A stretch of 63,486 bases of DNA, filler included, from Platydemus manokwari (lineage: Eukaryota): assembly GCA_037951405.1 (NCBI GenBank). It is 6 parts of 6 records of this genome, joined end to end, with 100 filler letters (N's around TTAATTAATTAA, not from the genome) between each part and the next. Parts side by side here need not be neighbours in the genome. Positions count along the whole stretch, not along the records: positions 21,425 to 30,431 come from JBBMOY011315094.1; positions 30,532 to 40,656 come from JBBMOY011165991.1; 4 more parts are not named here. The stretch is one strand, 5' to 3'. Below the pieces are notes generated by a model, which worked only from the letters and a program-made list of their open reading frames with translations, did no database searches and was not told the origin of the DNA. Below are positions 28,347 to 40,756 of the stretch, one piece after another (the first letter of the stretch is position 1; each line of letters opens with the position of its first letter). Made by a program: the position numbers and the translations under genes.

Positions 28347-28946
28347 GGAAACACTTACAGCTTAATCATTCAGCTGAGTTTATTGTGATTGGTTGTTTTT
28401 TGTTTTAAAATAAATTTTATTATTACGTTATTCCAATTTTTAATAAAATAATCAGAAATAAAGTTCTAGAAAATCTGTATATTATGATAAAAAAAATTGT
28501 AAAAATATACAAATATTTATTGATAAAACAGTTTTTTTAATTAATTTTATTCGATGAAAAACTTTAATCAATCAATCTTTATTGACCTTTTATGAGAATC
28601 AATAAGCGATCATCTGGATAGTGAGACAAGTTTTGTACTTAAACAGATCATAATCTTTTCAAGCCCTAATGCCCTCACGATCATAATTAAATAACGTCCT
28701 GGCCACAAACATAACGGCGAAAACCCCTTAAATAACACATGAAAATCACTTCCAAGAATAAATTTTCGTAAACTATAGGATCAATCAATAATTTAAAAAC
28801 CCTAATATACAAAATAGATAAATAATTATTTTTCAATGAAATAACATGAAATTTCTATTTAATCCCATCGATAAAACAAAATTGAACTCTAACAAAACTT
28901 ATAAAATAACTAATTCTCTATTTATAATTAAAAATTTGCAATGAGT

Positions 28947-30008
28947 TTAATTATCCTTGGATTTTTTCATTGCTTTCTTTGTTTTCGGTGCATCTTGATG
29001 ATTTTCAGACAATCTTTTCAGTGCCTTTTTAGATTTTACTTTATTTGAATCTGCGTTGTCTTTTCCTGATTCTTCATTTTGTGATTCATTTTCTTTCTCA
29101 ACTATTTTAGCTGTTTCCTGTTTGTCTTGTTCAGTTTTTTTAATTTGTTTTTTTGTCACAGTTGCCTTTTCTGGTTTATTTTGCTTATCTTCTTTTACTT
29201 CTGATTCCTTTTCAGCTTTCTTCTTAGATTCCTTCTTTGGTTTGTCTTCTTTTACTTCTGATTCTTTTTCAGCTTTCTTCTTAGTTTCCTTCTTTGGTTT
29301 ATCTTCTTTAGTTTCTGATTCTTTTTCAGCTTTCTTCTTAGATTCTTTCTTTGGTTTGTCTTCTTTTACTTCTGATTCTTTTTCAGCTTTCTTTTTTGAT
29401 TCTTTCTTTGGTTTGTCTTCTTTTACTTCTGATTCTTTTTCAGCTTTCTTCTTAGATTCCTTCTTTGGTTTGTCTTCTTTAGTTTCTGATTCTTTTATAA
29501 CTTTCTTTTTAGATTCTTTCTTTGGTTTATCTTCCTTGACATCTGATTCTTTTATGGTTTCTGATTCCTTTTCAATTTTCTTCTTAGATTCCTTCTTTGG
29601 CTTATCTTCCTTGACTTCTGATTCTTTTTCAGTTTTCTTAGATTCTTTTTTTGATTTTTTGTCTGATTCACTTTTTATTTTAGTAGCATCCTTTTTCGGC
29701 TTTTCTTTTGCTGCATCGTCACCACTTGGTTTTACTTCTGTTTTCTTTGTGGAATTTTTCGATGGTAACTTGAAACTACCGCTGGAACCAACACCTTTAT
29801 CTCCAACTCTGACTATTTCACCTTTCTCTACACCTGATTTGATTGCCTTGCGAATAAAATGAGAGAACTTTTCAATGTCAACTTTATATTCAGTTTCGAT
29901 GAACTTCTTAATGGCGACCAATGATGAACCTTTTTTACCGGGGTTAGCCAAAATAGCTGCTTTAACCATTTCGATTACTGGTGGATTCGAGGACTTTTCT
30001 GAAGACAT
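28947..30008 (-). CDS. Linker histone H1/H5-family protein with an extended Lys/Glu-rich repeat tail (353 aa, intronless)
   Basis: N-terminal winged-helix H15 signature PPVIEMVKAAI..KKGSSLVAIKKFI..IRKAIKSGVEKGEI..GVGSSGSFKL, followed by a low-complexity tail. Confidence 0.92.
   Translation of the reverse strand: MSSEKSSNPPVIEMVKAAILANPGKKGSSLVAIKKFIETEYKVDIEKFSHFIRKAIKSGVEKGEIVRVGDKGVGSSGSFKLPSKNSTKKTEVKPSGDDAAKEKPKKDATKIKSESDKKSKKESKKTEKESEVKEDKPKKESKKKIEKESETIKESDVKEDKPKKESKKKVIKESETKEDKPKKESKKKAEKESEVKEDKPKKESKKKAEKESEVKEDKPKKESKKKAEKESETKEDKPKKETKKKAEKESEVKEDKPKKESKKKAEKESEVKEDKQNKPEKATVTKKQIKKTEQDKQETAKIVEKENESQNEESGKDNADSNKVKSKKALKRLSENHQDAPKTKKAMKKSKDN
29182..29651 (-). repeat. Coding minisatellite, ~8 copies of a 57-bp unit (KKESKKKAEKESEVKEDKP)
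   Basis: Directly visible tandem repeat in DNA and protein. One unit is one residue shorter and one carries an internal partial duplication. Confidence 0.93.
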
Positions 30009-30431
30009 GCTTTAAAATAATTATATAATAATAAGCTTATTAAAATAACAAATTAAAAAACTACAACTTAATTATTTAATATTTTTTTTATTTAATTTTA
30101 AGTTAATATTTATAGTCCCATAATATTGAAAATGAAAGCATAAATTACCTCAAATCATAAATATATTATACATTTAGTTGTATTAAAAACTTTTGATATT
30201 ATATAAAATAACTTTTTGAGCTATAAATTAGAAAATTTTAGTAATTTAGTTAATTAATATCAATTTTTTAAAGAAAAATATGTTAATCAATAAAATTTAT
30301 CAACATATTGACTCTTCAAAACGCCCATTATTGTTTTCAATGTTTTTAAAATTAACAAAACGAAGAAATAAATACAGGATATGAAAATGATTTTTTCATT
30401 CAATATATATGTCTGTTATAAATGATATTTC

Positions 30432-30531
30432 NNNNNNNNNNNNNNNNNNNNNNNNNNNNNNNNNNNNNNNNNNNNTTAATTAATTAANNNNNNNNNNNNN
30501 NNNNNNNNNNNNNNNNNNNNNNNNNNNNNNN
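30432..30531. other. Assembly spacer
   Basis: N44-TTAATTAATTAA-N44. Confidence 0.97.
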
Positions 30532-31789
30532 TCATGGCCTTCCACGTTGCAGATTTCCCGAGTCGCAGCTGCTGCTGTTAAGCCTTTTTTCCAATAATGT
30601 CGTAATAATACATACAATGGGTTTTATGATGGCTTATTAATTTATTATTTGTTTACTTCTATTGTAATTTCTTTAGAATTATATTAAAAATAGTTTATAA
30701 ATTAATATACCAGTGTGCTTGTATCGGAGTCAATATTATATCAAATCATGTTTAAATTGCAATGTCAAGTCATTCAAGAGATGAAATTTTCGATAAAAAT
30801 ATGAAATATGCTTACTCTGGTAATGTTCGAACAACATGAATAATCATTTCATATTTTGAACTTTCATATAAGGTCATTTGATTCCTCATTTATTAAACAT
30901 TTAACAATGCATGGCATTTATAAAGAGGTCGATCTTCGTTCATTTATAAATATTGGATTATAGTAATAATGGAATTGTTTCCATGGTAGTCACTTTCATT
31001 GATATCATCGATATTTCAAGGATCCGTGTCTATTATAAAGATACAACAGAATCAAATATTGAATTAAATTTGTAAATACTGTAACAATTTTTATCATCTT
31101 CATGTCTTTCCATTGAAAACTGATGATGTTGAAATAATGGAAGATATTTGATTCGAGACACTGAAGACGTAAAGATTTATTTCAAAACATAAAAATTTCT
31201 CTTTTGAAAATCAAAGTGCGAAATTCTGGTTTTTTGTAGTCTAAATTTTGTAAATTGTACTCGGTTTTCACAGGCATGACAATGCTCATTGTGCGCATTT
31301 CTTTAATCCAATCTTCTCGTTCCGCGATCATCCCGTTTTTAAATCAATTACCAGGCTAAAATCTAAAAAACAGAATATAGTTATGTAACAATAATAAAAC
31401 TCATTTCCGTGGCGATTTTTTTCTTATCTAAAATGAAAATGTAAGGTTATATTTATTCCATGTCATATAATTGATTTATACACGGTTTTCTCCATAACGA
31501 GATCATCTTAGCAATCAAGATAGATGCGTTCTTTCACACCATAAAAATGATTAGAAAGGTGGATAAGACTCTACTGTCTCTCATGTACACCTTATAAAAA
31601 GGATAATAATACTAATAATAGAAATAACTATACTGGTGTTCCTTTACCATGTGTACAAACCGTCATTTTTTCTGTTACGTGTGTTAGATATATTGGCGGA
31701 GCTGTTTATTGGAGGCCTAGCCTCCTTCGCTATGTGAGATCTATATAACCTATATGATTCTATAAAAGAAGTAGAAATAAGAAGTGAAG

Positions 31790-33100
31790 CCAACTCATTT
31801 GAACTCTTATTATCTCACCCTATTTGTCCCAAGACTCCATCATTCTGCGGATCCCACTTTAAGTTCTGGATTGCCTAGCTAAATGAACAGCCAAGTCTAC
31901 ATACTATCGGTAGTTTCTCTCCAAGTTATTCCTAACGTTTTCTTCCTTAAGATCTACGAAGAATGTATGTTTTTTCATGTTTTTACAACCCGAAGTTCGG
32001 ATTATTAAGTTAGAACGTAAAGAAGTCTTCACCTCAGTTGGCGAGCAGTCAACGTCTACATTATATCCTAAAGCAATATGCCTTTTAGCCAAAATTGCAA
32101 GTACTGCATTATGCCTAGAGGTCGCCCCATAAGGGTTACCAATACAACGATTGAGTACGTGGGCCATCGATTCCACTGCAGTACAGAATCGACAGAAATT
32201 TAAATCTTTACCCTGCATTACACGGAAAGGCCGGAAATTCAGCGGTAAAAGGTTATGTCTACTTAAGACCAAAAGGAACTCCAAGATACTTATATTTGTT
32301 CTTATCATCCACTACTGAAATATTATTATCGTATATTCTGAGAACAGTTCTTTTCACAGGATCAGTACAGAAATATCCACATTTACTTGGATTAGGGGTA
32401 AGATAAACTTTACTATTCAGATGCACAATTCTACCTAACCTATCAGTATTACCTACTGCATCACTAGAAACAACTACCAAGTCGTGAGTATAAGCCAAAA
32501 AGAATTATGTGAGTGGTCTCGGTAAATTATTACAAGGAAATCTATCGATAAACTGAACAATGACATCGACACGAGGCACCTTGTTTGACACCTTTAACCA
32601 AATTAATAGAAGGAGTGACTATATTCTCACAGCGATATGTAGTACTCACGCCACTATACAAATTCTTCAGAAGATTGATTGTGCTGGAACGCACAACCCA
32701 TATTTCCAGAGTCAACCAAATTAACTCATGCGGCAAGCTAGGAAATGCTTCTTTAAGATCCAACCAAACTAAATGACAATTTGCCCTTGACATTTTACAA
32801 GGTTTGTAAATGGATTGAAGTCATGAATTGTGCTCAGCACAACTACCTTCAGATAAGAATGCCTTTTGATTCATATAGATTAAATCTCCAATCGTAATTC
32901 AACGGAGCATACGATTGTTAATAATGTTACAAAACAATATATAGGACATGTCCATTAGTTCAATTGGTCACCAGAATGACACTAAGTGTGCTTTCCCATC
33001 CTTCAGCTGTTTCAATATAAGAGAAGCCTTAAATTTTTCCACTGATCCGGCATACACCCTGAACTTAGCACTGTTTTGCTTTGGAATAATACAAGTTTTG
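31790..33100 (-). mobile_element. Degenerate, internally deleted RLE-type non-LTR retrotransposon
   Basis: RT motifs VWLDLKEAFPSLPH, KGVKQG, LAYTHDLVV and YKYLGVPF. C-terminal CCHC knuckle CRFCTAVESMAHVLNRC, RHNAV and PD-(D/E)xK-like LRSNLII..FVDLK. Frameshifted. Confidence 0.88.
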
Positions 33101-34656
33101 GAGAACAATGCTTACGTTCGTATCCAAAATTTTAATAATTTGGTTATTTATAATAAATTAATTTTGGGTTATTTTTATTAAAACATGTTCATATTAATAA
33201 CAATGAGAGTCGATTGATGATTTCGTGAATTAAGATCTCAAGGATTCGCTTGTAATGAAAGTTTGGTAGGACACAAAATTCCATTATTTGTAATTGTTTT
33301 ATTCATCTTTTGGGTAATATCTGCCAGATGGATAATTGGTGTTCATTATGAAGACTTTCCTCAAAATTATGTCTCGATGCACAAGTCCGGTGTAAATTTA
33401 GAAATCGTATAGTATTTCAAGAGGTATCTGACAGCCTCATTTACACACATTGAAATATCTTCATTTTGTTTTGGAATCATGAAGACACAAAACACATGAG
33501 TCCTAAGTTATGATTACTTAAGTTATTGATTCATGATATTTAATGTTAAGAGATTTTTTGTGAAAATATAGATCAGCTTAAAATCCTCCTGTGATTTTTC
33601 ATTTATAGTTTGCTATGAATTTATAACTTATTTATTTATAGTTTATTGCTAAATTATTATTAATACACTTTTTAACTTTTACTTTTATTTAATTATTTAA
33701 TCACCGCACCGCGTTCTTACACGAATTAAGAAGTTCAACTCAAAAGTATATTCAAACAAATTATTTTAAATTTATAATTAATCAGTCATTTTATTTATAA
33801 AATTTTAAAATCCTCACAATATGTTTAATTAATTTTCTAAAATTATGTATTAAATAGTTAAATATTTTAAGATCTTGAAATATTACAAGATATTATGACA
33901 AAATAAAATTTTTTATAAATTATAAAATTTACTAAATAATCAAGAATCTTTAGAAATTTTGTTACAAATACGGCGTTATTGTTGAAAATCTTTTATAAAA
34001 TTTAATTTGTATTTTTTAGTTCATTATTATTGTTGTTATGGTAGTTATGTAGAATTATGTTTGTTTTCATGTCATAAATTTTAAGATTTCCATTTTTTTC
34101 ACATTATTCTTATCATACTTAATAAAAAGTATTTTTCCTGAAATTTTGGTCTTTATTATTATTTTCGATAAAGCTTGAAGTATGTTAAGTGAGGGAGTTA
34201 GTTTTGAAAATGAAATTTTATGAAACAAAAGAAATCTTAAAAATAATAAAAATAAAATTATAGAAATTTAGGATGACAGCAAATATGATATAATGCCCTT
34301 GCGATATATATCAATTACTGAAAATATTATTCCAAATAGGTTCCATCTAAAAACCACCAATCATATTATCATGATAAATCTTACAATCTTTTATTATTTT
34401 ACTTTCCTATTTAAAAAATCAACTTAAAGACTTGCCAAATGAGAAATGTTAGGGTCAAACATAAATTTTCTATAATTATATGTTCCTCGTTAAAGATTAT
34501 TTATTTTCACAATTTCTTTCCAAATCATTTGTTATGTCTCATTCTGTCGAATGTCTGCCAATGTCAATATTATAAACCAATAACACTGCAATTAATGATA
34601 AATTGTTATCCAAATAAATGAAAAAAATAATATCCTTTTATTAATTATCTATTCCT

Positions 34657-35112
34657 ATGAAATATTTGGTATATCTCATAGTATTCTTTTGGCCTTGGTT
34701 CCATTTGAATGCGAACTGTCCTGACCAATATCGAGAATGCATTAATTACTGTTTCTTAGAAATAAACACGAAGAAACTCGATATGAATGATGAATGTGCA
34801 AAATGGAAGTATTGTGATAAACGAGATGGTGTTTTGTCTGACAAGATTTTTCTGGAGGTGATAGTTAAATGCTTAAAAAGTTTGGGTATATCGGATATGA
34901 TAAAGTCTTCAGAACACCGAATGGATAGGGATAATTTTGGAATAATAGACATATTGAAGAGTTTATTGCCCGGAGATTACTGTGTACCAAAGCAGAAATC
35001 AATGTTTAAATCTGGAATTTTTCAGTCTGTCAAAAAACGAAGTCAAAGATACGATAATCTATGTGAAACGAAAATAACAGTTAAAAGCAAGATAGACTGT
35101 GCAAAGAAGTAA
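34657..35112 (+). CDS. Small secreted cysteine-rich protein (151 aa), possibly a divergent C-type-lectin-like fold
   Basis: Intact ATG-TAA ORF in AT-rich flanks. Hydrophobic N-terminus MKYLVYLIVFFWPWFHLNA. CPDQY..NYCF..YCDKRDGVL resembles the CTLD N-terminal pattern. No EPN/QPD/WND motifs. Confidence 0.6.
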   Translation: MKYLVYLIVFFWPWFHLNANCPDQYRECINYCFLEINTKKLDMNDECAKWKYCDKRDGVLSDKIFLEVIVKCLKSLGISDMIKSSEHRMDRDNFGIIDILKSLLPGDYCVPKQKSMFKSGIFQSVKKRSQRYDNLCETKITVKSKIDCAKK

Positions 35113-38100
35113 GATAAATAATATCTTTCATGTATCATTAAATGGTTTACAACGAAACCTATATTTTTAGGATTCAAAATAAAAATAATGAGTTAATGAC
35201 AAGGGGTGGATGGTAATTATATTTGCCTAAAGAATGTTTATAAAAATATTAAATTTATTTTACAAGTAGAAACATCTCATATATTAAGCTGATCTTCTTA
35301 GAAATTTATATTTCACATAAATAAATTTCTTTCCAAAATTGTCTTCTGTCCTACTTTGATATTCGAATTTTGTTATTGAATATTCCTTAATGGTGTTAAT
35401 ATTTTGAGTCCAGAAGGCATCCTTCTCTCCATTTAATGACATTTTTCGCTAACCAACTTAAATGATTTCGATAAGAAAACTAAGCTGCTTCTAAATAACA
35501 AACCTAGAACCATCTACCTTTATGTATTGATGTTCAATTATTCTAAATAAGTTGGTCAAAATACTCAATGGCTTTCCAAAATTAGTTAGTGCTATGAAAT
35601 CTATATTTCTTTTTCAGAAAGCAAAGCCAAATAAAAATTATTTCTTTTAACTTTATTAATTAGAAAAATACTGACAATCAAAGATAATGTACAATTGAGC
35701 TCTCACAGGAATTTATAAAGCAATCGCTACAATGATCTTGCTGAAATCTCAAGAACTTAATTGAATCATGAGTAATTTTAATTTAAAGAATTTGAATAAA
35801 TTATTGCATTTCCAAAGGTGGAGAGTTTAAATCATGAGATGTAAAAAATATTTCTTTACTAATTTTTGTTAAGTGTCATTATTTTCAAAGGTAATTTTAA
35901 TCAAAATTGTTACAAATTCAAAATTAAACTAGAACAAATTTTGTACAAATTTTTATTATAATAGTTTATCTTGGTACTCTGCACCGATAATCATTTATTT
36001 CCATTATTGAATTTATAAATTTGAATTATTTTTGGTACTTTGTTCCCTTATCTTCTCTAATTATTTTTATCCATCTGATTTTTATAAGTTTTATTTGTTA
36101 ACATTTATTTTATATTATTTTATTTAAATAAATTATCTTTATTTTATTCTCATTTTCTAAATATATATATTTGGTACAATTTCAATACAAATCGTTCCAA
36201 AAAAAATTTATACAAAGATGATTCAAAGAATCAAATAAATATTAAATCACAAATCAATGTCAAATATTATAATTTTTGTTCAAAAATAATCAAATTAATG
36301 TCTGTCCAATGGCATTTGGCTTTGAATTGAGATTTATAATGCAAATTTATTTTTATTATTGAAATTTTGTTTAGGCATCGAAGCCGACACTCCGGCTCTT
36401 CACCCACTGCTCTCTATTTTTCTTCAACTCTTCTTACCCTTTTAAAAACCACACTATTACTGTCAAGTGTTTTGAGCCATAATTTCCTTATTTATTCGAT
36501 GTTGTGGCATATCTTCCCGATTCTGTTTCGGCCTTCCTTGTCTTCCATTGATTGTATGAGCTAACAGTCATTGTCATTTTTTCATCCTCAATTTATCACT
36601 AGCTTGTCCATGATCAGTCATAAAACCATTTATTCGAATTTGTTTCTATTAGCCTCTCCGTCTAGGTTTCTCTACTAAATTATTACTTCAAATGATAACA
36701 ATTGCGAGAATGCGTTGATTATATTCAAATTATTTAAGAATTACCAATCTTCGATGTCTTTGAAGTACTTCACTTGAAATTCGAATATCATATATTGTTA
36801 TATTAAAGATTTTAAGACCTTTTTTGCATTCTCCATAATAATGCTGTCCGTTATAGGTTTTTTGATAGATTCGTTCATTAGTTTCATTTTTAAAAGGTTT
36901 CAGGTATCATATATATAAGTAATAATATTAAATATATTAAGTACCTTTATTATTTCAAATCATTTTAGAATTGTTTGTTTTTACTCAAACCATTAAGTAA
37001 TTCTTCTATTTAAATTAAAACAAGTATTACCGAATATAAAAACAAGTAACAATAACACATGTATCACATTCCTCTGTGCAATAAAGAATCTCCTTACTTC
37101 TGGATTCGCTGTAAAAACTTCACAATCACTTGACCTGGTCATTGTTTTCTGATATGATTGCTTGTTAAGATTTCGTTATCTCTTTTGATCTACATCCATT
37201 CTCTTAGGCTATAAAACTTTCCTTGTTAACCATAATTTAATTGCGATATTCAAATAAAAATTTTTCGAAATATTATTGAATTAAACAACTTTTTATAATA
37301 TAATATTACATTATGGAAAATTTATAATTTTATTCTTGTTACAGTTGCAACCAATTGAATAGTTGCAAATCATTTTATTTCCAAGTTCAAACTCAACAGT
37401 GTATTTTGGTACAGGGCACAGATCAAAATGGATTTACGACGACAAACGACAAGGACGACTGGCTAATGTACGAACAGACTTAATAGATATAGTTTGATCA
37501 AAGTTAATCAATAATATTATTCGATATAATATAATTTGATATTCTAGTTATGAATTTCCATTTTTTATTTTATTTATGATTTATACTTTAAAATCGTGAT
37601 TATACCTGATTGTTGTAATCTCAAATGATAAAATATAACAATATTATTAATAACAACATTGATATTTATTAATTAGTTGAAATGTTTCAGAATTATCGAG
37701 TATTATTTTGAAATTGCAACGCCACGAAAAGTAGTTGCAATAACCTATTGATTGAATAATGAGAATTAAGATTATTAGTTAATAAATGATTTACCAATTT
37801 AAGTATAATAATTTTTTGTCATTTTAGTTTGTTTAAATTTTAAATTAAATTTTCGGCTGGTCCCGAAATACTGGTCCTAAAATAAAATTTTAATTTGTGA
37901 AGTGTATTGCAAAAATCGATATTTTAATTAAATTCTTTAAAAAATTTTGAATTTTTTATTTAAGTACTTGAGAAGAATTTGAGCTATTTATAATCAAATA
38001 TTATATACACGGGAGTTTTAAAATATACGTAAAATTAATTATTTGAAAAACTGGTCAAAGTAGGTCAAAATGCAATTTATTCAAAATTATCGTTGACCTC

Positions 38101-40300
38101 TTTTTAACATTAGAAACAAATGGAACGATGTCTGAGATTTTTAGAGTTATCTTATAAAAAGTAATTTGGCAATTGTTGAGGAATGCCTGGAACTAGGTAC
38201 TTGTATTTCATATGACTATAAGTTATTTTATGGTGAACAGGGGTGTTGGGTATTTATTAAAAATAAATAACTGACCCCAATACGAAGGTGTATTAATCAA
38301 TACAGGAACTACAAAATCTTAACCCCAACTTAGCTTTCAACTACCAGTTGTCCATATTTACATCGATTTTTATACTCGCTATTTGTCTGTATTTTTGTGT
38401 CATGTTGTATCACATTTTGATTTAATATTTGTTTTTTTGTGTTCTTATTACATGAGTGAGATTGCCCAATCCCTATATGTGTGTTTTTTGTTTCTATGCC
38501 CCTTTTTCCAATTGTAATTCCCCATCTAACTTCAATGCGATTGGCTGATTGCTATATCTATATGGCTGTGTATGCATGCATATGTTCAAAGTGCATAAAC
38601 AAGGGTTCCAAGGTGCAATTTCGTTTTTCTTTTTGTAGGATTTCATCTCATTTAACAGTTGTCAGACAAAAAATGACCTCTATTAGCAAACCAACAATCA
38701 CCAAATGATGACAATTTTTATTAAAATTAAGTTTAGAATTTAAAATTATTTATTAAGGTACAAAATTTGCAAGAAAAGTAAAACAGAAACTAAGTGGCAT
38801 AAAATTAAATCAATTAATGTGAAATTAAAAAATGTCATCGACCACATACGATAGCTACATATACATAATATAAATATCGATGATAAAATTTCAGGATCGA
38901 ATTTTGTGATACGCCATCCCGGACTTTAAGGATATAAACAATATATTACAAAATATTTATTCAAAGCTAATATATAATTCATTATATTTATTTCGCCACA
39001 TATTTTTGGAATTTTTAATTTCATAGTTAAAGCAAAAAATTGGTATTTTGCATTCAGATTTCGAAGAGAATTAGTTAGTGGGTGAATTAGACAAAAAGCC
39101 ATCCATATTCCGTTTGTTATTATTATTGTTATTATTATTATTTATTATTATTCTTTGAAAATTAATTATATAATGACATTTCCAAAGAAATGTTTACCGA
39201 AACTGGCTGACATCAGAAAAATCGAATTTGACAATTGGATGGAAGAGGTAAATACTATATCATTTAATTGAATTAGGACTTTGTCTAATTGCAATTTCTT
39301 AAAATTTAAATGATTTCGTCCAATGTATAACACTAAAATTAGCAACTGAAAATCACTTAGCAAAACAAGGTCAATTAGGTATCACCACCTGAACGATTAA
39401 ACAAGTATAGAAATTACAGACCATTAATAACTAATCATCATTTACTAACTAGAAAAGACTGACCGTTGCCATCTAGATTCATCTACCTATATATATTTTC
39501 GTGTGTACTTACCTGCTGACTTGCAGCTCTACTTTTTATTCTAGCTTATTGAAACATTTTCTTCACTCTCCCATATAATTGACGTACATTGATATTCGTT
39601 ACCTATTGTTGGCTTGCATCAATTGATAATCGAATTTTATTTATTGATAAATATTTTGAAGGTATCAAAATGGCTACTGACACATGCACTCATTGTATCG
39701 ATCCTTTGAAGGTTATTCCATAATCTCCGTGGGTACTTTTATCGTTTTTATCACACACATCAGATAGTGATGCATACCTACGGAAAAATAACATAAAAAT
39801 AACATATTTAGCAATAATATTAGAGATATAGGACAAACTACGAATGGAATAAATAGACAAATTTTGGAATGGTTTTGACAAACGGAAAATGACACCTACA
39901 GGACAATGTGTAAGAATCACTTTCCTAGAAGAATCTGTATTTACAGGCCATTCCTCATGACGATAGAACAACGACTACTCTTTACGATTACTCGGATTCA
40001 TTCATTTTCGTGGTTTGATGTTTGTTAAGTGGATTCGTTGGGTCTAAATCTAAAGTATCTTTATGATTATAACTGTTTAAAAATTGATATTTTTAATAAA
40101 AATATTTTTTACATCATTTTACTATCATTTCATATCAATGTTTTGGGTTACATAGCTATCATCATATTCTGGTGATGTACCACTATTGTGTTCCGTGTCT
40201 TGTGTCAAGCATCTAGGCAACTTGCTTTTGACACTATTGGGTTTTGTTTTTTGCTCTCTTAAAATATACGTCTTTTTCATAATTTATTTTTATTTAGCCT

Positions 40301-40402
40301 AGTAGTATGTTACACCAGTCTTCGACGGGAGATCTTGAACCTTCAAGTTTGAGGAAGCGAAGGTTCAAAATCTCCCGTCGAAGGCTGGTGTAACATACTA
40401 CT
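40301..40402. repeat. Near-perfect inverted repeat/hairpin, 44-bp arms, 14-nt loop
   Basis: AGTAGTATGTTACACCAGTCTTCGACGGGAGATCTTGAACCTTC versus GAAGGTTCAAAATCTCCCGTCGAAGGCTGGTGTAACATACTACT: 42/44 Watson-Crick pairs, plus one G-T and one C-A. Confidence 0.95.
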
Positions 40403-40441
40403 CCTAAAATTAAGGGCATTGGCGAAATTCATAAAAATAAC

Positions 40442-40656
40442 ATGCATAAAATTTTAATAAAAATAGTATGCTTAAAAATGAACGAAAATAAGTGCGAAAT
40501 TTGTAACAAGTTGTTTAAAAATATTCAAGGTTTAAGAAACCATAAAAAATCAAGAAACCATAAAGCGAAATTTAACACTTCTATTAATAACAATGAAATA
40601 ACTTTACATGATAATACATGTGATATTATTAAATTTGTTAAATTCATTAAACATTC
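40442..40656 (+). CDS. Partial ORF with an N-terminal C2H2 (matrin/JAZ-like) zinc finger, truncated by the gap
   Basis: CEICNKLFKNIQGLRNHKKSRNH fits C-x2-C-x12-H-x5-H. The frame is open up to the N run. Confidence 0.55.
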
Positions 40657-40756
40657 NNNNNNNNNNNNNNNNNNNNNNNNNNNNNNNNNNNNNNNNNNNN
40701 TTAATTAATTAANNNNNNNNNNNNNNNNNNNNNNNNNNNNNNNNNNNNNNNNNNNN
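40657..40756. other. Assembly spacer
   Basis: N44-TTAATTAATTAA-N44. Confidence 0.97.

Noticed and set aside
29182-29651. CRISPR-like regular repeat
   Set aside because: There are no unique spacers; it is an in-frame coding minisatellite in a eukaryotic gene.
29056-29862. 268-aa Phe/Ser-rich ORF antisense to H1
   Set aside because: It is a shadow of the Lys/Glu repeat codons, which lack stops on the opposite strand.
31600-31800. tRNA-Phe target downstream of the third RLE element
   Set aside because: No tRNA-like or shared repeat sequence is visible at its 3' side; it appears to be a different family.
33190-33500. Tc1/IS630-like 'SPDLNPIE' echo (FTPDLCIE)
   Set aside because: One degenerate motif, with no TIRs or other DDE residues located.
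38281-38860. Mariner-like end (TACGAAGGTGTATT..) and possible transposase scraps
   Set aside because: No matching inverted end was found and no convincing ORF.
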